This document shows positions 41,552-42,097 of a stretch of 42,097 nucleotides of DNA, piece by piece. The position numbers were made by a program, and so were the translations under genes. The DNA comes from Phycisphaerales bacterium (lineage in GTDB: Bacteria > Planctomycetota > Phycisphaerae > Phycisphaerales > UBA1924). The stretch covers positions 1 through 42,097 of the forward strand of contig JACVCK010000001.1 in NCBI GenBank assembly GCA_016742055.1. Direction: 5' to 3'. Positions within the stretch are counted from its first letter, which is position 1; every line of letters starts with the position of its first letter. The notes under the pieces are model-generated. The model was not told the origin of the DNA. It saw nothing but the letters and a program-made list of their open reading frames with translations, and ran no database searches.

Positions 41552-41859
41552 GCTCCCGCGGCCAGCAGCGCCGCCACCGTTCCGATCGCCCCCAGCACCA
41601 ACGCTCCCCCCAACATCAACTCGCCGACGCCGAGCAGGGTTCGCCTCGACGCCGGGAAAAGCCGGTTTCCCACCACCGCAAGGAACACAAACTCCCCCGC
41701 CGCGACCGCCGTCAGACCCGCCAGCACGCTGGCTGAGCCGAGCCCCGGCCAGCGGCTTCCCCCCAGCGTGGACACCATCGCCCCGCCGACCACGAGCACC
41801 GCCGCCCACAGGGTGCCAAGAGCCACCAACGCCGCGACCGTTGCCCGATGCAGAACCAA
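41548..41859 (-). CDS. small three-helix membrane protein, translationally coupled to the downstream TPR-like gene
   Basis: The TTG at 41859 is preceded by AAGGAGG with a 9-nt spacer. The GTG at 41913 is an alternative start. The TGA stop overlaps the ATG of the next gene (ATGA at 41551-41548). Confidence 0.55.
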   Translation of the reverse strand: MVLHRATVAALVALGTLWAAVLVVGGAMVSTLGGSRWPGLGSASVLAGLTAVAAGEFVFLAVVGNRLFPASRRTLLGVGELMLGGALVLGAIGTVAALLAAGA

Positions 41860-41984
41860 TCGACGCCGCCTCCTTGCGATCGGCCCGCAGGGGCCGGCGG
41901 CTGAGAATAACACCCCCCAAACCCCCCCGCCATCCCCGGGTTGAAGGCCCGCCGACCGTCCCCGGACCGCTCCGGGCCCCCCAG

Positions 41985-42005
41985 CCCCCCCCCCCCCCCC
42001 CCCCC
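41985..42005. repeat. 21-nt homopolymeric C tract (G21 on the minus strand)
   Basis: Counted directly: c at 41985 through 42005, bounded by g41984 and a42006. It is embedded in a wider C-rich region, 41914-42097. Confidence 0.95.
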
Positions 42006-42097
42006 ACCCCCTCGACTCCCTACCGCAACCCGGTCCCTTTACTCCATCCCCACCCCTACAGACGAGCCCCCGTCGACGACCTCCGCCTCCGTCCTAG

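Noticed and set aside
41552-42007. Extension of the TPR-like ORF through the poly-C tract (MGGGGGGGWG...).
   Set aside because: The poly-Gly and Gly/Arg-rich translation overlaps a better-supported small membrane ORF in another frame. The internal ATGATG at 41551 has a GGGAG ribosome-binding site and a signal-like N-terminus.
1-42097. Scan for CRISPR repeats, tRNA/rRNA genes, transposases, integrases, toxin-antitoxin pairs, restriction-modification genes or known defence genes, reverse transcriptases, and prophage genes.
   Set aside because: I found none. Intergenic spacers are short (mostly under 200 nt), have no cloverleaf-like or regularly spaced repeat structure, and no ORF translation shows the corresponding catalytic motifs.

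Overview
Very GC-rich window (by eye about two-thirds to 70% G+C, not computed) that is densely coding. I support 34 protein-coding genes, with no rRNA, tRNA, CRISPR array, transposase, integrase or recognisable defence gene. Lineage is inference only: the dockerin-tailed secreted proteins, Cys-rich GACC modules and fused aroD-aroE suggest Planctomycetota, possibly Phycisphaerae-like. Main content: (1) a compact clade-II (Sec-type) nitrous-oxide reductase cluster at 1369-9605: diheme cytochrome c, nosZ, nosB, nosD, nosF, nosY, nosL and a trailing Rrf2 regulator. (2) More copper-related genes: a CopA-type P1B ATPase, and at 23958-26891 a large multidomain multicopper oxidase. (3) Three secreted proteins with unrelated passenger domains that share a Cys-bracketed dockerin-like C-terminal module. 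(4) Housekeeping genes (rpmE, prfA, purM, fused aroD-aroE, aldehyde dehydrogenase, ABC-F ATPase, acyl-CoA desaturase, SLC13 permease). (5) A stand-alone hot-dog dehydratase / insert-bearing ACP / hot-dog dehydratase triad. (6) Several orphan hypothetical genes. I cannot point to a demonstrably new system. The best candidates for follow-up are the shared dockerin-like tail as a possible sorting or anchoring tag, the hot-dog/ACP/hot-dog triad, and the G-rich elements at the two window ends (inverted orientation, one with a C21 homopolymer), each lying upstream of an uncharacterised gene or operon. All family assignments come from motifs read in the supplied translations. No database search was run.
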